From Candidatus Caldarchaeum sp. (GTDB lineage: Archaea > Thermoproteota > Nitrososphaeria_A > Caldarchaeales > Caldarchaeaceae), in contig JAWBKB010000001.1 of assembly GCA_038831915.1 (NCBI GenBank), positions 122,172 through 186,171 on the forward strand: a stretch of 64,000 bases of DNA, in the 5' to 3' direction. The translations under genes were made by a program, and so were the position numbers. The notes under the pieces are model-generated. The model did no database searches. It had not been told where the DNA came from and saw nothing but the letters and a program-made list of their open reading frames with translations. This document shows positions 28,572-40,127 of the stretch, in pieces (the stretch's first letter is position 1; each line of letters opens with the position of its first letter).

Positions 28572-29151
28572 ACCGTTTCAGTTTCTCGACGATTTCCGCT
28601 TGAACTTGTTGAACAGGTTTGCTGCCGTCGACTTTCACAACTTTGGGATGACGTTTCAAGATGCGCAGATATTCTTTGCGAACCTTTTTAAGAAATTCAA
28701 GTTTTTCATATCTCTGCTTTAAATGTTTAAGTCGTTTCACGGCTTCCTCGGAAGAAATATCGATGAAAACAACTACGTCTGGCTCTGCGGCGAATTTGTT
28801 GATTTCTTCAACCCATTTTCTACGCTTTGTGCTCGCTGACTGGTATGCGAGTGACGAATAGACAGTCCGGTCTGAAATTAAGGAAATATTTCTCTTTAGG
28901 CTTGGTTCGATGATTTCACGGCGGAGAACAAGTCTGTCTGCAGCGAAGAGCAAAGCCATCGCCTCCTCCGAGAAATCTACTTTCTTTTTCAACGCGTTTC
29001 TGATGATCTTGCCCACTTCGTTTTTTGATGGCTCGTGAATCAAAACGGCCTGAATTCTCTTTTTCAGGAACATTTTGTGGAGAAGCTTGGCCTGTGTTGT
29101 TTTTCCGGCGCCGTCTATTCCTTCGATGCCGATGTAAACTGGCTTCTTCAA
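28549..29151 (-). CDS. tmk: Thymidylate kinase
   Basis: IEGIDGAGKTT, LLFAADR, SDRTVYSSLAYQ; start reassigned to TTG at 29151. Confidence 0.93.
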   Translation of the reverse strand: MKKPVYIGIEGIDGAGKTTQAKLLHKMFLKKRIQAVLIHEPSKNEVGKIIRNALKKKVDFSEEAMALLFAADRLVLRREIIEPSLKRNISLISDRTVYSSLAYQSASTKRRKWVEEINKFAAEPDVVVFIDISSEEAVKRLKHLKQRYEKLEFLKKVRKEYLRILKRHPKVVKVDGSKPVQQVQAEIVEKLKRFIPELKK

Positions 29152-29205
29152 CCTGGATGATGTTGTTTTCGCAAGATTTATATGCGGACATGGGCATGCG
29201 GAGCC

Positions 29206-30873
29206 GTGATTCGGAAGATTTACAGCCGGGACGTTACTGAAGGCCCGGAAAGGGCTCCTCACCGCGCCATGCTACGAGCCGTGGGACTTAAGGACGCTGA
29301 TTTTAGCAAACCTTTCATCGGTGTAGCCAGCACGGGAAACGAAGTAACTCCCTGCAACCTTCACCTCAACGCGCTCGCAGAGGAAGCGAAACGAGGTGTT
29401 TGGGAAAGTGAAGGAGTCGGAATCAAGTTCACAACTATCGCGGTCAGCGACGGCATCTCGATGAACACGGAAGGAATGAAAGGGTCTTTGGTCAGCCGCG
29501 AAGTTATAGCCGACTCGATAGAATTGATGTGTTTTGCGCAAAGGTTTGACGGGTTGGTCGGCATCGCTGGATGCGACAAAAGCCTGCCGGGCACTGTTAT
29601 GGCGATGGCTCGGCTTAACATTCCGTCGGTTTTCCTGTACGGCGGAACGATTTTGCCAGGTAAATACATGGGACGCGACGTAACCATTCAAGACGTTTAC
29701 GAAGCCGTCGGAGCATACAGCACGGGCCAAATCACTTTACAGCAGCTCATCGAGCTGGAAAAAGTCGCATGTCCCACGGAAGGTTCGTGCGCGGGTCTTT
29801 ACACAGCGAATACCATGGCCACGGCCATCGAAACCCTCGGCATGTCTCTGCCCGGCACAGCATCAATACCTGCCGTCGACCAGCGAATCTACGACGCCGC
29901 ATACAGGTCCGGCGCACAGGTAATGATGCTACTTGAAAATGGCATCAAGCCACGCGACATCATGACCTACGAAGCTTTTGAAAACGCGGTAACAGTGGTG
30001 TGCGCTATGGGTGGCTCGACTAACGCTGTTCTGCATCTTCCCGCTATAGCGCATGAGGCAGGCGTTAAGTTGGACATCGAAACATTTGACCGCATAAGCA
30101 GGAGGACTCCTCACATAGCTGACATGAGGCCAGGTGGACGGTTTGTGATGGTTGACCTTGATAGAGTTGGCGGCGTGCCGGTAGTTTTAAAGAAACTGCT
30201 GGACGCGGGCCTGTTGCACGGGGATTGTTTGACCGTTACTGGCAAGACCTTGGCTGAAAACATCCGCGAGCTAAAACCCGGCGACGGCGGCGAAGTTGTC
30301 CGTCCTCTATCAAACCCCATCCATCCAACGGGAGGCATCGCCATATTGAAAGGCAATCTCGCGCCCGAAGGCGCCGTCGTAAAGTCGACTGCATCGGTTG
30401 TACAGCACTTCAAAGGCCCTGCACGAGTGTTCAACTCGGAAGAAGAGGCATACAGAGCCGCGTTGAAAAGAGAAATCCATCTCGGCGACGTCATCGTGAT
30501 CAGATACGAAGGCCCACGGGGAGGGCCTGGTATGAGGGAAATGCTTGCGGTCACGGCGATTGTCGTTGGTCAAGGTTTGAAAGAAAAAGTGGCCTTAGTG
30601 ACTGATGGGCGGTTTTCGGGAGCTACCCACGGCCTCATGGTTGGGCATGTCTCTCCCGAAGCATATGTGGGTGGCCCGTTAGCAGCGCTACGCGACGGAG
30701 ACCTCATCGAAATCGACGTCCCAAACCGCCGTCTTTCAGTAGAACTCAGCGATGAAGAAATTAGGAAACGACTTGAATCATGGACTCCTCCCAAGCCGAA
30801 ATATACCTCGGGTGTTTTGGCCAAATACGCGAAGCTTGTGGGGTCAGCTAGCAAAGGAGCGGTCTGCGGATAA
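29206..30873 (+). CDS. ilvD: Dihydroxy-acid dehydratase
   Basis: PCNLH, VSDGISM, GCDK, YTANTM, GGSTN, GPGMREM, TDGRFSG. Confidence 0.97.
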   Translation: MIRKIYSRDVTEGPERAPHRAMLRAVGLKDADFSKPFIGVASTGNEVTPCNLHLNALAEEAKRGVWESEGVGIKFTTIAVSDGISMNTEGMKGSLVSREVIADSIELMCFAQRFDGLVGIAGCDKSLPGTVMAMARLNIPSVFLYGGTILPGKYMGRDVTIQDVYEAVGAYSTGQITLQQLIELEKVACPTEGSCAGLYTANTMATAIETLGMSLPGTASIPAVDQRIYDAAYRSGAQVMMLLENGIKPRDIMTYEAFENAVTVVCAMGGSTNAVLHLPAIAHEAGVKLDIETFDRISRRTPHIADMRPGGRFVMVDLDRVGGVPVVLKKLLDAGLLHGDCLTVTGKTLAENIRELKPGDGGEVVRPLSNPIHPTGGIAILKGNLAPEGAVVKSTASVVQHFKGPARVFNSEEEAYRAALKREIHLGDVIVIRYEGPRGGPGMREMLAVTAIVVGQGLKEKVALVTDGRFSGATHGLMVGHVSPEAYVGGPLAALRDGDLIEIDVPNRRLSVELSDEEIRKRLESWTPPKPKYTSGVLAKYAKLVGSASKGAVCG

Positions 30874-30917
30874 AGAGTTTTAAGCACGTCTCAAAAAGGC
30901 AAAAACAGGTTGACGAG

Positions 30918-31211
30918 GTGGATGGCCTTTTGGCACAACCAAGCATGGATTGGGAAGCGAAGCGGCAACAAGTCGTCCAAATACTGGAAACCATAGTCAA
31001 CGACACAGAAACTCCCCGCAATATTCGACGAATCGCGAAACAGGCGTCCACAGAGCTTTTCAACGAAAAACTAAAACCAGCCGTAAGAGCGGCTAACTCA
31101 ATCGAAATGATAGAAGAAATAATCAACGACCCAAACATGCCTTCTTTCACGCGTACTCAGCTTTGGTTGGCCATAAGCATTCTCGAAACCATCCGCTCGT
31201 CCCAAACATAA
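30918..31211 (+). CDS. UPF0147 family protein
   Basis: IVNDTETPRNIRR, RAANSI, DPNMPSFTRT. Confidence 0.9.
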   Translation: MDGLLAQPSMDWEAKRQQVVQILETIVNDTETPRNIRRIAKQASTELFNEKLKPAVRAANSIEMIEEIINDPNMPSFTRTQLWLAISILETIRSSQT

Positions 31212-31256
31212 ACCTGACAAACACTTTATTTCCCAAAAACACTTTTAATAAAATGG

Positions 31257-32642
31257 TTGGTTAACCGAGTCGCGCAATACGGTCTGATCCTCGTCTTTGT
31301 GGCATTGCTAGCATATGTTATTGGTCTAGACATTCGACAAAGTTTGTCCATCATAGTTCTCGGAGGCATGGTCGGTGCCACTTTGATGTTCTGGAAATTC
31401 AGGCTTGTCTTCGCGTTCTTCGCACTATCGCTTATGCTGGCGACAAACCTTATCGAACCAAGCCTGCTTATAGAATACGCCAACCTCGACACTATAATGT
31501 TTCTCGCAGCCATGATGGTTGTAGTTGGGTATCTCGAAGAAGCGAGATTTTTCGAAGTCTTGATCGACAAAGTAATCAAAGTGTTGGGGGGAAGGCCCGG
31601 TCTGTTGGTAATCTTCTTCGCGGCTTTTTCAGGGCTCTTAGCCGCGTTAGTCGACGAAGTCACTTCGATCCTCATCATGACCGCGATTTTACTCGACTAC
31701 ACGTCAAGATATAATCTCGACCCGAAAAAATTCGTCATGATGTCGATATTTGCAACAAACATCGGAAGTGCGGCGACGGTTGTCGGAAACCCTGTAGGAG
31801 TTTTGATAGCTTTCGAAGCCAACCTCGGTTTCGCCGATTTTCTTCGATGGGCCACTCCAGTCGCGATTGTTGCGTTACTGATGTGTATTGCAATCACTTA
31901 TTACTGGTTGCGTAACGAGATAACTCTTCTTAAACAACTCATGACAAAAGAAGCTCTGCTAGTAAAGGTTGGTGAAAGCGGTGACGAGAAAAAGAACATA
32001 GACATACGGGTTCCGTCGATAATTTTTCTCGCAACCATAACAGGACTCGTCTTGCACACATACATCGAGAATTTGCTGGGTTTGGAAAAGAACGTTATGT
32101 TGCTAGGTGTGCCCATCTTCTTCGCTGGTGTTGTTCTGTTGCTTGAAAGGGAAATGGCCCGCGAGTTGGTTGAAAGAAGAATTGACTGGTGGACTTTACT
32201 ATTCTTCCTAATCTTCTTCGCCAGTGTTGGCACATTAGCTCATACGGGCGCGACTCAGGTTTTCGCGGAAGTAATTCTCGCGAACGCGGGTTCTTCACTA
32301 GAAAATTTGGTGGTGGTCGTGATGTTGGGCAGTGGTTTAATGTCTGCTTTCATTGACAACGTGTTGAGCGTTGCTTCATGGATTCCGATCATACACACTT
32401 TAGGCGCCTACGGAGTCAACGCGTTTCCGCTTTGGTGGAGCATGCTGTTCGCCGGAACATTTTGGGGTAACCTCACCGTTATAGGTAGCACAGCTAACAT
32501 CGTCGCCGTTGGAATTCTTGAAAGACGCGAAAGAATTCACATCACTTTCCGCGAATGGATAAAAATCGGAGCCGCTGTCACGCTGCCGACCATGATGTTC
32601 GCCGCGTTGGCGATAATTCTTCAGATTCCTTTGATGACTTAG
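31257..32642 (+). CDS. ArsB/NhaD/SLC13-family ion permease
   Basis: LVDEVTS, ATNIGSAATVVGNP, SAFIDNV, GNLTVIGSTANIV. Confidence 0.9.
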   Translation: MVNRVAQYGLILVFVALLAYVIGLDIRQSLSIIVLGGMVGATLMFWKFRLVFAFFALSLMLATNLIEPSLLIEYANLDTIMFLAAMMVVVGYLEEARFFEVLIDKVIKVLGGRPGLLVIFFAAFSGLLAALVDEVTSILIMTAILLDYTSRYNLDPKKFVMMSIFATNIGSAATVVGNPVGVLIAFEANLGFADFLRWATPVAIVALLMCIAITYYWLRNEITLLKQLMTKEALLVKVGESGDEKKNIDIRVPSIIFLATITGLVLHTYIENLLGLEKNVMLLGVPIFFAGVVLLLEREMARELVERRIDWWTLLFFLIFFASVGTLAHTGATQVFAEVILANAGSSLENLVVVVMLGSGLMSAFIDNVLSVASWIPIIHTLGAYGVNAFPLWWSMLFAGTFWGNLTVIGSTANIVAVGILERRERIHITFREWIKIGAAVTLPTMMFAALAIILQIPLMT

Positions 32643-32902
32643 TCACTGGCCGGCTTAGCCACGATAACCAAAGAATCTTTTTTCTTAGTCACCCAAACTT
32701 CATATCCATATTTCAGGAGAGTAGCGAGACAGTCATACCATGGAAAAAACGCCGGCTCCAGAACTTTGATTTCGAAACCCCCGTATTCGGTGTTCACTTC
32801 GCCGGTTTTTCCCACTTGCAGTTCAAGACATTTCCGAAAATCCATCTCGTGTTTTGAAACTGTTTTCGCCGACCGCTCGGTGGTGTTTGGCGAATTACTC
32901 AA
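32639..32902 (-). CDS. Small hypothetical protein
   Basis: 87-aa ORF filling the gap, 4-nt convergent overlap, globular composition. Confidence 0.55.
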   Translation of the reverse strand: MSNSPNTTERSAKTVSKHEMDFRKCLELQVGKTGEVNTEYGGFEIKVLEPAFFPWYDCLATLLKYGYEVWVTKKKDSLVIVAKPASD

Positions 32903-32983
32903 CCTGTTGAGGGGTGTTGGTAGAACCTATTTAAACATGGCGAAAACCCCTTTAAATTACGAGCGGCAGAATGCGGATAGGAA

Positions 32984-33808
32984 TTGGTGAAAGTAGCGTT
33001 TCAGGGCGAAAAAGGAGCATATAGCGAGGAGGCCGTTTTTTCATACTTTGGCGAAAACGCTGAAACGGTTCCCTGCAAAACGATTCGCGAAGTTTTCAAA
33101 AACGTGGAGGCCAAAGTGGTTGACCACGGAGTCGTACCCGTCGAGAACAGCATCGAAGGAAGCGTCTTCGAAACATACGACATGTTTCTCAGCTCAAGCG
33201 TAAAAACAACAGGAGAAATTATTCTACGCATAAAACACTGCTTGATCGCTCTGCCCGAAACATCTATCGATGACATCCAAATTGTTTATTCGCATCCGCA
33301 AGCCCTGGCCCAGTGCCGCGGTTATCTTACTTCCTTAGGGGTCGCGGTTGATTTGACATACGACACCGCTGGCAGCGTCAAGATGATCAAAGAGAAAGGT
33401 TTGAAACATGCGGCTGCGGTGGCGAGTGAAAGGGCTGCGGCCATTTACGGAATGAAAGTTTTGGCGAAGGGCATCGAGGACTACGGACACAACTACACGC
33501 GTTTCCTCGTCATATCGTGGAAAGAAACATCTCCTCATCCGAACAGTAAAACATCCATCATCTTCTCGACAGCTCACAAACCTGGTGCACTCTACAACGC
33601 CTTAGGCGCATTCGCCCGGAACGGAATAAACCTCACAAAAATCGAGTCAAGACCCACACGACAAAGACCATGGGAATACTATTTCTTCGTAGACTTTGAA
33701 GGCCATCTCGAAGAAGATAAGGTGAAAACAGCTTTGACCGAGCTTGCTTCTCAGACAACTTTCGTAAAGATTCTCGGCTCATATCCAAAGGCAGTTACAG
33801 AATTTTAG
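32984..33808 (+). CDS. pheA: Prephenate dehydratase (PDT+ACT)
   Basis: AFQGEKGAYSE, PVENSIEG, SHPQALAQC, NYTRF, TKIESRP. Confidence 0.96.
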   Translation: MVKVAFQGEKGAYSEEAVFSYFGENAETVPCKTIREVFKNVEAKVVDHGVVPVENSIEGSVFETYDMFLSSSVKTTGEIILRIKHCLIALPETSIDDIQIVYSHPQALAQCRGYLTSLGVAVDLTYDTAGSVKMIKEKGLKHAAAVASERAAAIYGMKVLAKGIEDYGHNYTRFLVISWKETSPHPNSKTSIIFSTAHKPGALYNALGAFARNGINLTKIESRPTRQRPWEYYFFVDFEGHLEEDKVKTALTELASQTTFVKILGSYPKAVTEF

Positions 33809-34692
33809 GGTGCAGTCATTCGATGGTTTGAAATGTTTTCCAAAACTTCTATCAAGGCCTGCGTTCCATCTTCCCCGTGATTCATTCCGTCCAAGGCCTT
33901 GACCAGTTCGGCTACGAGGCTCACACCCGGTAGAGAAACACCGAATTTCTCAGCGGTTTCTCGCACAATTCGCAGGTCTTTGCGAAGATGCTTAACCTTG
34001 AAGCCGGGCTTGTAGTCGCGTTCAATCATCCGGGGCCCGAGGTTGCTTAGCTGCCACGACCCCCCAGCCCCTGTAGAAACAACCTGAATCAGCTTCCGCA
34101 AATCCAAGCCCGCCTTCGACCCGAGTATCAGCATTTCGCATACACCTAGAAGATTGAGCGAAACCGCGACTTGGTTGCAGAGCTTGGCAAAGCTTCCGGC
34201 ACCCGATTCACCCATGTAGAAAATGTTGCTACCCATCGCCTCTAACACTGGTTTGGCCTTCATGAATGCTTCAAAACGGCCGCCCACCATGATCGTTAAA
34301 GTTCTCTGCTCGGCAGCCATCGTGCTACCAGACACTGGAGCGTCAAGGAAGTAGCCCCCCGCAGACTCGACGTATGAGGCCATCTCCCTTGAAAAGTGAG
34401 GAGAAACAGTCGACATGTCCACCACGATTGTTCCCTGTTTAAGCGACGACAGTACACCTTTTTCACCCGTGAGAACTTGCCTAACCTCCGGCTCGTCAGG
34501 CAGCATGGTGACCAAAATTTCAGACTCTTCAGCCACCTCAGCCGGCGAATTATACGGTCTAGCTCCTAGGCTCGTGAGCTGCTCCACAGGCCCTGGACTT
34601 CTACTGTGAACCGCGAGCGAAAATCCTTTTCGAAGCAGATTTGTCGCCATCGGCTTGCCCATCAACCCCAACCCGATAAAACCAACCTTCAC
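33805..34692 (-). CDS. Beta-hydroxyacid dehydrogenase (2-hydroxy-3-oxopropionate reductase/3-hydroxyisobutyrate DH family)
   Basis: GFIGLGLMG, DMSTV, LDAPVSG, AKLCNQ, KDL; start at GTG 34692. Confidence 0.92.
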   Translation of the reverse strand: MKVGFIGLGLMGKPMATNLLRKGFSLAVHSRSPGPVEQLTSLGARPYNSPAEVAEESEILVTMLPDEPEVRQVLTGEKGVLSSLKQGTIVVDMSTVSPHFSREMASYVESAGGYFLDAPVSGSTMAAEQRTLTIMVGGRFEAFMKAKPVLEAMGSNIFYMGESGAGSFAKLCNQVAVSLNLLGVCEMLILGSKAGLDLRKLIQVVSTGAGGSWQLSNLGPRMIERDYKPGFKVKHLRKDLRIVRETAEKFGVSLPGVSLVAELVKALDGMNHGEDGTQALIEVLENISNHRMTAP

Positions 34693-34787
34693 AGAGGTTA
34701 ACCAGCAGAGACAAGCTTTAAACAATTAACAATGTTGTAGGTTTTTTACTTGGCATAGTTTGTCAAATTTAGGCGAAGAAGCAAATA

Positions 34788-35483
34788 ATGACGTCTAACC
34801 GTCGAGGCCAAATACCGATTGCCGTAAAGGTTGAGGATTTAGCGAGCCTGGTGCGACTAGTCGCATCCCGAGGAGACTACTTCCCCCCTCTGCTCTATTT
34901 CGAAAACAACTCGGTTCCAACAATTTCGCACCTGTATTCGATTCCTTTGCAAAGAGGAAACCTTCCCATATTGTTCTACGCGGCTTTAACGGAGAAACCG
35001 AAAAAATTCGTCGTCTACACCCCATTAGAAAGAGAAGAAACGAAGTTTTCCGACATTCCTGAAACAGGTAGATATGTTTCCTACCCTGTGATTGAAGCTG
35101 AGCCGCCTCCCGAACTTTTTGTTCGTGCTTTGAATGAGCAGCCTCGGCGAAAACTGTCAGGGTTTGAGAAAGTCCATGTAAAAGACGTCGGCTCCTTGAT
35201 GCGAATCGTATCGGCGATGTCGGATGATGCCTTCAGCCCGCCGGTCTGGTGTTACCAGGGGAAAACAGGCCGAAACCTAGCCGTGCTATACCCCATCTAT
35301 GAATATTATGACTCAGCTGTCCTGCCACTCCTTTACTACACGACGGTTGAAAGGAAGCCGACAGCTCCGTTCATCGCATATTCTGCCAGCGAAAACAGCA
35401 TCAAGTACGGCTATTCAATTTCCGACGCCCGCTACGTCTATGGCAGGATAATTTTCATCGAAAAATTTCCGCTCGACGTCTAA
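34788..35483 (+). CDS. Hypothetical protein made of two tandem copies of a ~110-aa domain
   Basis: VKVEDLASLVRLV..PP..LPILFY vs VHVKDVGSLMRIV..PP..LPLLYY. Confidence 0.7.
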   Translation: MTSNRRGQIPIAVKVEDLASLVRLVASRGDYFPPLLYFENNSVPTISHLYSIPLQRGNLPILFYAALTEKPKKFVVYTPLEREETKFSDIPETGRYVSYPVIEAEPPPELFVRALNEQPRRKLSGFEKVHVKDVGSLMRIVSAMSDDAFSPPVWCYQGKTGRNLAVLYPIYEYYDSAVLPLLYYTTVERKPTAPFIAYSASENSIKYGYSISDARYVYGRIIFIEKFPLDV

Positions 35484-35623
35484 GTTCTCCAAAGCTCTTT
35501 CCGTAACAGGTCTCTTACCGCGGTTCGCATCAACGCACTCCGGCTCGGATAGACACCTTTTTTGATAAGTTCATCCATTCCATCAATCAGAGCTTCAGGC
35601 ATTTTAACAGATATCAGCTTCAT
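35480..35623 (-). CDS. Ribbon-helix-helix (CopG/Arc/MetJ) protein
   Basis: MKLISVKMPEALIDGMDELIKKGVYPSRSALMRTAVRDLL; start at ATG 35623. Confidence 0.88.
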   Translation of the reverse strand: MKLISVKMPEALIDGMDELIKKGVYPSRSALMRTAVRDLLRKELWRT

Positions 35624-35733
35624 GCCGATGGCCGTATTACCGAGGCTCGTATATAATTTTGACGTCGCCTTTATGCAACGAAGGAAAAATCTATAAAAAA
35701 CCATTCATGGCAGTAAGCTAGGTGTGATGTAGT

Positions 35734-37392
35734 ATGGCAGCAACTGTAGGTACTGCTACTCAGCCTGTTATCATTCTGAAAGAAGGCGCGAAAAGGATGC
35801 GAGGCCGCGAGGTTCAGAGCGCCAACATCATGGTGGCGAAGATTATCGCCGAAACCATGAAGTCCTCTCTGGGCCCGCGGGGCATGGACAAAATGCTCGT
35901 GGACAGCTTCGGAGACATCGTCATCACAAACGACGGAGCCACCATTCTCAAGGAGATGGATGTTGAACATCCAGTTGCTAAGATGCTTGTAGAAGTCTCG
36001 AAGGCGCAGGATGAAGAGGTCGGTGACGGAACAACTTCCACAGTGGTCCTCGCCGGCGAACTACTGGCCAAAGCCGAAGAACTCATCGAAAAGGAGGTTC
36101 ATCCAACCGTAATCATCGAAGGATATCGGAAAGCCGCTGTAAAAGCCCTCGAAATTCTCGACGAAATTGGGATAAAAGTAGACCCCACCGACAAAAAGAT
36201 TCTCAAAATCGTGGCAAAGACGTCGATGGTAAGCAAACTCGTAGGCGAAGAAGCCGATTACCTGGCCGACCTCGTGGTAGACGCAGTAACGAGAATCGCT
36301 GAAAAAGTTGGAGACAAATGGGTGGTTGACCTCGACGACATCAAGCTCGAGAAGAAGGAAGGTCAGTCAATTCGGGACACAAAATTGGTTGAAGGCGTGG
36401 TTTTGGACAAGGAAGTCGTTCATCCAGACATGCCGAAGCTCGTGAGGAACGCGAAAATAGCTCTTCTCGACGCTGCTCTCGAGATCGAGAAGACGGAGTT
36501 CGACGCCAAACTTAACATCGAAACACCTGAACAGATGCGAGCGTTCATGAAGCAGGAAGAGGACATGCTCCGCCAGATGGTCGAGAAAATCGCAACGACT
36601 GGAGCAAATGTCGTCCTTTGCCAGAAAGGCATCGACGACCTAGCACAGTACTTCTTAGCTAAGAAGGGAATCATGGCCGTTAGGCGAATCAAGAAGAGCG
36701 ACATGGACAAACTCGCTAAAGCAACAAAAGGCCGCGTCATATCAAGAATCGACGACCTGACCCCGGAAGATCTGGGCAAGGCGGCTCTCGTCGAGGAAAG
36801 AAGAGTCGGTGAGGACAAAATGGTTTTCGTCGAAGGATGTGAAAATCCGAAATCTTTGACTATTCTGATTAGAGGCGGAACTCAGAGAATTGTGGATGAG
36901 GCGGAACGTTCGTTGAAGGACGCGATAAACGTTGTCAAAGACGTGATTGTTGAAGGCAAGGTCATCGCCGGCGGCGGAGCTGGGGAAATTGAAGTAGCTC
37001 TCCGGCTGCGCGACTACGCGAAAACACTGCCCGGTAAGGAGCAGCTCGCAGTCAACAAGTTCGCCGAAGCGTTGGAGGTTATTCCTTCACAGCTCGCCGA
37101 AAGCTCAGGCATGGACCCGATAGAGGCCATCGTCAACCTGACGTCTAAACACAAAGAAGGATTGCTGAACTATGGCATTAACGTCTTCAAATCCGAGCTC
37201 GCTGACATGAAGGAGCTGAACGTCCTCGACCCGTTGCTCGTCAAGAAACAGACAATCAAGTCTGCTATCGAGGCGGCGGCCATGGTGTTGAAAATCGACG
37301 ACATCATAGCTGCGTCAAGGCTCGAAACACCGGGAGCCGGTAAGAAAGGAGAAACAAAGGAAGAAGGCGGAGTTGGCGAGTCAGAGGACTGA
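35734..37392 (+). CDS. Thermosome (group II chaperonin) subunit
   Basis: [35 protein letters not shown]. Confidence 0.98.
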   Translation: MAATVGTATQPVIILKEGAKRMRGREVQSANIMVAKIIAETMKSSLGPRGMDKMLVDSFGDIVITNDGATILKEMDVEHPVAKMLVEVSKAQDEEVGDGTTSTVVLAGELLAKAEELIEKEVHPTVIIEGYRKAAVKALEILDEIGIKVDPTDKKILKIVAKTSMVSKLVGEEADYLADLVVDAVTRIAEKVGDKWVVDLDDIKLEKKEGQSIRDTKLVEGVVLDKEVVHPDMPKLVRNAKIALLDAALEIEKTEFDAKLNIETPEQMRAFMKQEEDMLRQMVEKIATTGANVVLCQKGIDDLAQYFLAKKGIMAVRRIKKSDMDKLAKATKGRVISRIDDLTPEDLGKAALVEERRVGEDKMVFVEGCENPKSLTILIRGGTQRIVDEAERSLKDAINVVKDVIVEGKVIAGGGAGEIEVALRLRDYAKTLPGKEQLAVNKFAEALEVIPSQLAESSGMDPIEAIVNLTSKHKEGLLNYGINVFKSELADMKELNVLDPLLVKKQTIKSAIEAAAMVLKIDDIIAASRLETPGAGKKGETKEEGGVGESED

Positions 37393-37633
37393 GGCCAAAA
37401 CGGCCCCGCTCCGCCTCACAAAATATGAGAAAGCGAGAATAATAGGGGGCCGGGCTCTTCAGCTTTCTCTTGGCGCGTTTCCCCTAGTCGAAGTAAGGCC
37501 AAACGAGTCGAACATCGACATTGCCATACGAGAGTTTGAAAGAGGAGTATTGCCAATTATCATTCGGAGGAAGAGGTCTGACGGAAGTTACGTGGACATT
37601 CCGTTGAAAGAGTTGCTGAAACATGGCGATTGA
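37373..37633 (+). CDS. rpoK: RNA polymerase subunit Rpo6/K
   Basis: [28 protein letters not shown]. Confidence 0.95.
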   Translation: MASQRTEAKTAPLRLTKYEKARIIGGRALQLSLGAFPLVEVRPNESNIDIAIREFERGVLPIIIRRKRSDGSYVDIPLKELLKHGD

Positions 37634-37826
37634 AGAAAGCGAGGAAGTGAAAGGTTGGCGTAACGCGTTTCTGCTCCTTTTCTTGGTTGCGGCTACTTTT
37701 TTCCTGCTCGAACGAATTGTCGGATTTCAACTAACTTTCACTTTTCTCTTTTTCTCCGTCTATTTGCCTCTCGTTTTCACCGGAGCGGTCTACTTGCTAC
37801 ATGTTTTGAGGAGGTTACGCCGGTAA
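37623..37826 (+). CDS. Small 2-TM membrane protein
   Basis: Two hydrophobic segments, basic C-terminus, overlaps the rpoK stop. Confidence 0.6.
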   Translation: MAIEESEEVKGWRNAFLLLFLVAATFFLLERIVGFQLTFTFLFFSVYLPLVFTGAVYLLHVLRRLRR

Positions 37827-37905
37827 TAGCTACAAAAGGTTGTGGTAATAAGAAAATTTTTCCAAACCTACAGCGATATATGATAGCTGTGTAATCGGTC
37901 GTTGA

Positions 37906-39006
37906 ATGTACCGCAGCGGCGTCAAAGATTTAAGAGGTTGGGGCGGAAAAACAGAACGTTTTCAATACAATTTGTCGAGGCAAATACTCAACGAAGTTGT
38001 TCACAAGTTTCTCAACCTCTACGACGCCGATGAACTCGTCTGCGGTTTCGCCGAACCCTTCTTCACAGATTTCATGATCGTAGTGGCTGGTCTTGATGAA
38101 ATGTCGGCTGACTCGACCATCACACTGGGCAACATACTCAAAGACGTTGTAACTCCGCGGGACGGCGCGGCCGTTCTCGGCGGCCGATTCTTGAACCGCT
38201 TTCGAATACCTCAGGAATTGCCCTCCGTCGCCCAGCTTTTCGGCTTTCCGGAGAAAAAAGTCGAACATCTGCTTTACTGCAGCCGCATGGTTGCTAAAAT
38301 CGACAGCGTCGCCCTTCAAGACGGATTCGACCTATATTTTCATCTGATGATTGTTTCAAACACGGGTAGTTGGTCGGTCATCCAACAAAGCATTAATCCA
38401 TACACTTTGGCCGTTAGGAGATATCACTGGTTTTCCGGTAAGTTGAAAAGTTTCGTCGATGAACCGCATATTGGAATTATTTCGGATGAAATTAGGCCGC
38501 GTGTTCTAGACATGACGGCTAAGGCAAGCCAAGAATCGCGGCGTGCCTCTCTCGAACTTCTTTCACACGATGTTCCGAAGCTTCAACGAATCCACATGTT
38601 TTCAAGGATTCCCAACCAGACAACTCTTGACGAAGAGACGGTGAAGGTCGCGGATTTCCTCAGGCCGAGCGAACGAATTAACTGGGCTTTGGTTTATAAG
38701 CTCGAAAACGAAGTGCCAAAAGACTATGAAAGCTTGCTCGCGGTGAAACAAGTGGGTAGAAGCATCGTCAGGCTTCTTGCCTTCGGCGTCTATGTCATAT
38801 ATGGAATAAAACCTAGCTTAAAAGACCCAGCAACTTCAGTCACCGAATACTGTAAAAGATTCGACGAATCACATTACCTTTGGAGGCTCCAGCAAGTCGT
38901 CGACTCCGTCAGGTCCTCGCGTCTTTCTGAAGAGATTAAACGTCATGCGTTGAGAAGGTTGGCCGACGTGTTCGGCGGAGAATACGGCGAACCGTTATCT
39001 GCTTGA
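37906..39006 (+). CDS. DUF763 family protein (divergent paralog)
   Basis: [37 protein letters not shown]. Confidence 0.8.
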   Translation: MYRSGVKDLRGWGGKTERFQYNLSRQILNEVVHKFLNLYDADELVCGFAEPFFTDFMIVVAGLDEMSADSTITLGNILKDVVTPRDGAAVLGGRFLNRFRIPQELPSVAQLFGFPEKKVEHLLYCSRMVAKIDSVALQDGFDLYFHLMIVSNTGSWSVIQQSINPYTLAVRRYHWFSGKLKSFVDEPHIGIISDEIRPRVLDMTAKASQESRRASLELLSHDVPKLQRIHMFSRIPNQTTLDEETVKVADFLRPSERINWALVYKLENEVPKDYESLLAVKQVGRSIVRLLAFGVYVIYGIKPSLKDPATSVTEYCKRFDESHYLWRLQQVVDSVRSSRLSEEIKRHALRRLADVFGGEYGEPLSA

Positions 39007-40077
39007 CGCACGACCGTTGACGAAGTCTTCCACCATCTGCCTAGCTATGTCGTCTGGATATTGTTTCGGCGGCGACTTCATGAAATAAGCCGACGGCCCC
39101 TCCAAAACTCCTCCGATTCCACGGTCTTTTGCGATTTTTATGCATCTGATGGCGTCGATGACCACGCCGGCTGAGTTTGGGCTGTCCCAAACTTCGAGCT
39201 TTACTTCGACGTTGAGAGGTGCGTTGCCGAAAGCCAAGCCTTCGAGACGGATGTAAGCCCATTTTCGGTCTTCAAGCCAGGGCACGTAGTCGCTAGGGCC
39301 GATGTGAATGCTTTCGGGCGGAATCTCGTAGGGTATGAGTGATGTCACGGCCTGTGTTTTGGATATTTTCTTTGATTGAAGCCTTTCTCTTTCGAGCATG
39401 TTGAGGAAGTCGGTGTTACCTCCGAAGTTGAGCTGATAGCTCCTCTCTATTTTGACTCCTCGGTCGACGAAAAGCTTGGTCAGAACACGGTGAAGAATGG
39501 TCGCGCCCACCTGTGATTTTACGTCATCGCCGATGAGAGGAATATTTCTCTTCGCAAAAACTTCCTGCCACCTTTTCTCACGGGCGATGAAGACCGGTAT
39601 GCCGTTTACAAACCCTGTTCCGGCCATCAAAACCTGCTCGACATACCATTTAGTGGCTGATTCGCTGCCGACGGGTAGAAAGTTTACGGCGACGTCTGCG
39701 CCGGTGGATTTTAGAACATCTGCCACATCTACCGTCGGCGAATCATGCTTGACCACGACGTCGCGGAGATATTTCCCGATGCTATCATGAGTCATGCCGC
39801 GCATGACTTCGACTCCGAGATGCGGAACATCAGCGATCTTGAGCGTGCAGTTGGGTTTCTGGAAAATGGCTTTGGAAAGGTCGAGTCCGACTTTGTTGCG
39901 GTCGATGTCAAACGCGGCAACAAACTCTATGTCGCCGACATGATATCCGCCGAGACGAGGATGCATCAACCCCGGAATGAACTGGTCGTCAGGCACGTCA
40001 CGATAAAAATAAACTCCCTGAACGAGAGCTGAAGCACAGTTCCCAACTCCGATTATGGCGACCTTAACCTTAGGCAT
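38995..40077 (-). CDS. ino1: Myo-inositol-1-phosphate synthase
   Basis: [43 protein letters not shown]. Confidence 0.96.
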   Translation of the reverse strand: MPKVKVAIIGVGNCASALVQGVYFYRDVPDDQFIPGLMHPRLGGYHVGDIEFVAAFDIDRNKVGLDLSKAIFQKPNCTLKIADVPHLGVEVMRGMTHDSIGKYLRDVVVKHDSPTVDVADVLKSTGADVAVNFLPVGSESATKWYVEQVLMAGTGFVNGIPVFIAREKRWQEVFAKRNIPLIGDDVKSQVGATILHRVLTKLFVDRGVKIERSYQLNFGGNTDFLNMLERERLQSKKISKTQAVTSLIPYEIPPESIHIGPSDYVPWLEDRKWAYIRLEGLAFGNAPLNVEVKLEVWDSPNSAGVVIDAIRCIKIAKDRGIGGVLEGPSAYFMKSPPKQYPDDIARQMVEDFVNGRASSR

Positions 40078-40127
40078 GTAAAACATGTTAACCGGAGGGC
40101 TAAATACTTTATGGCCATAAAATAGGC

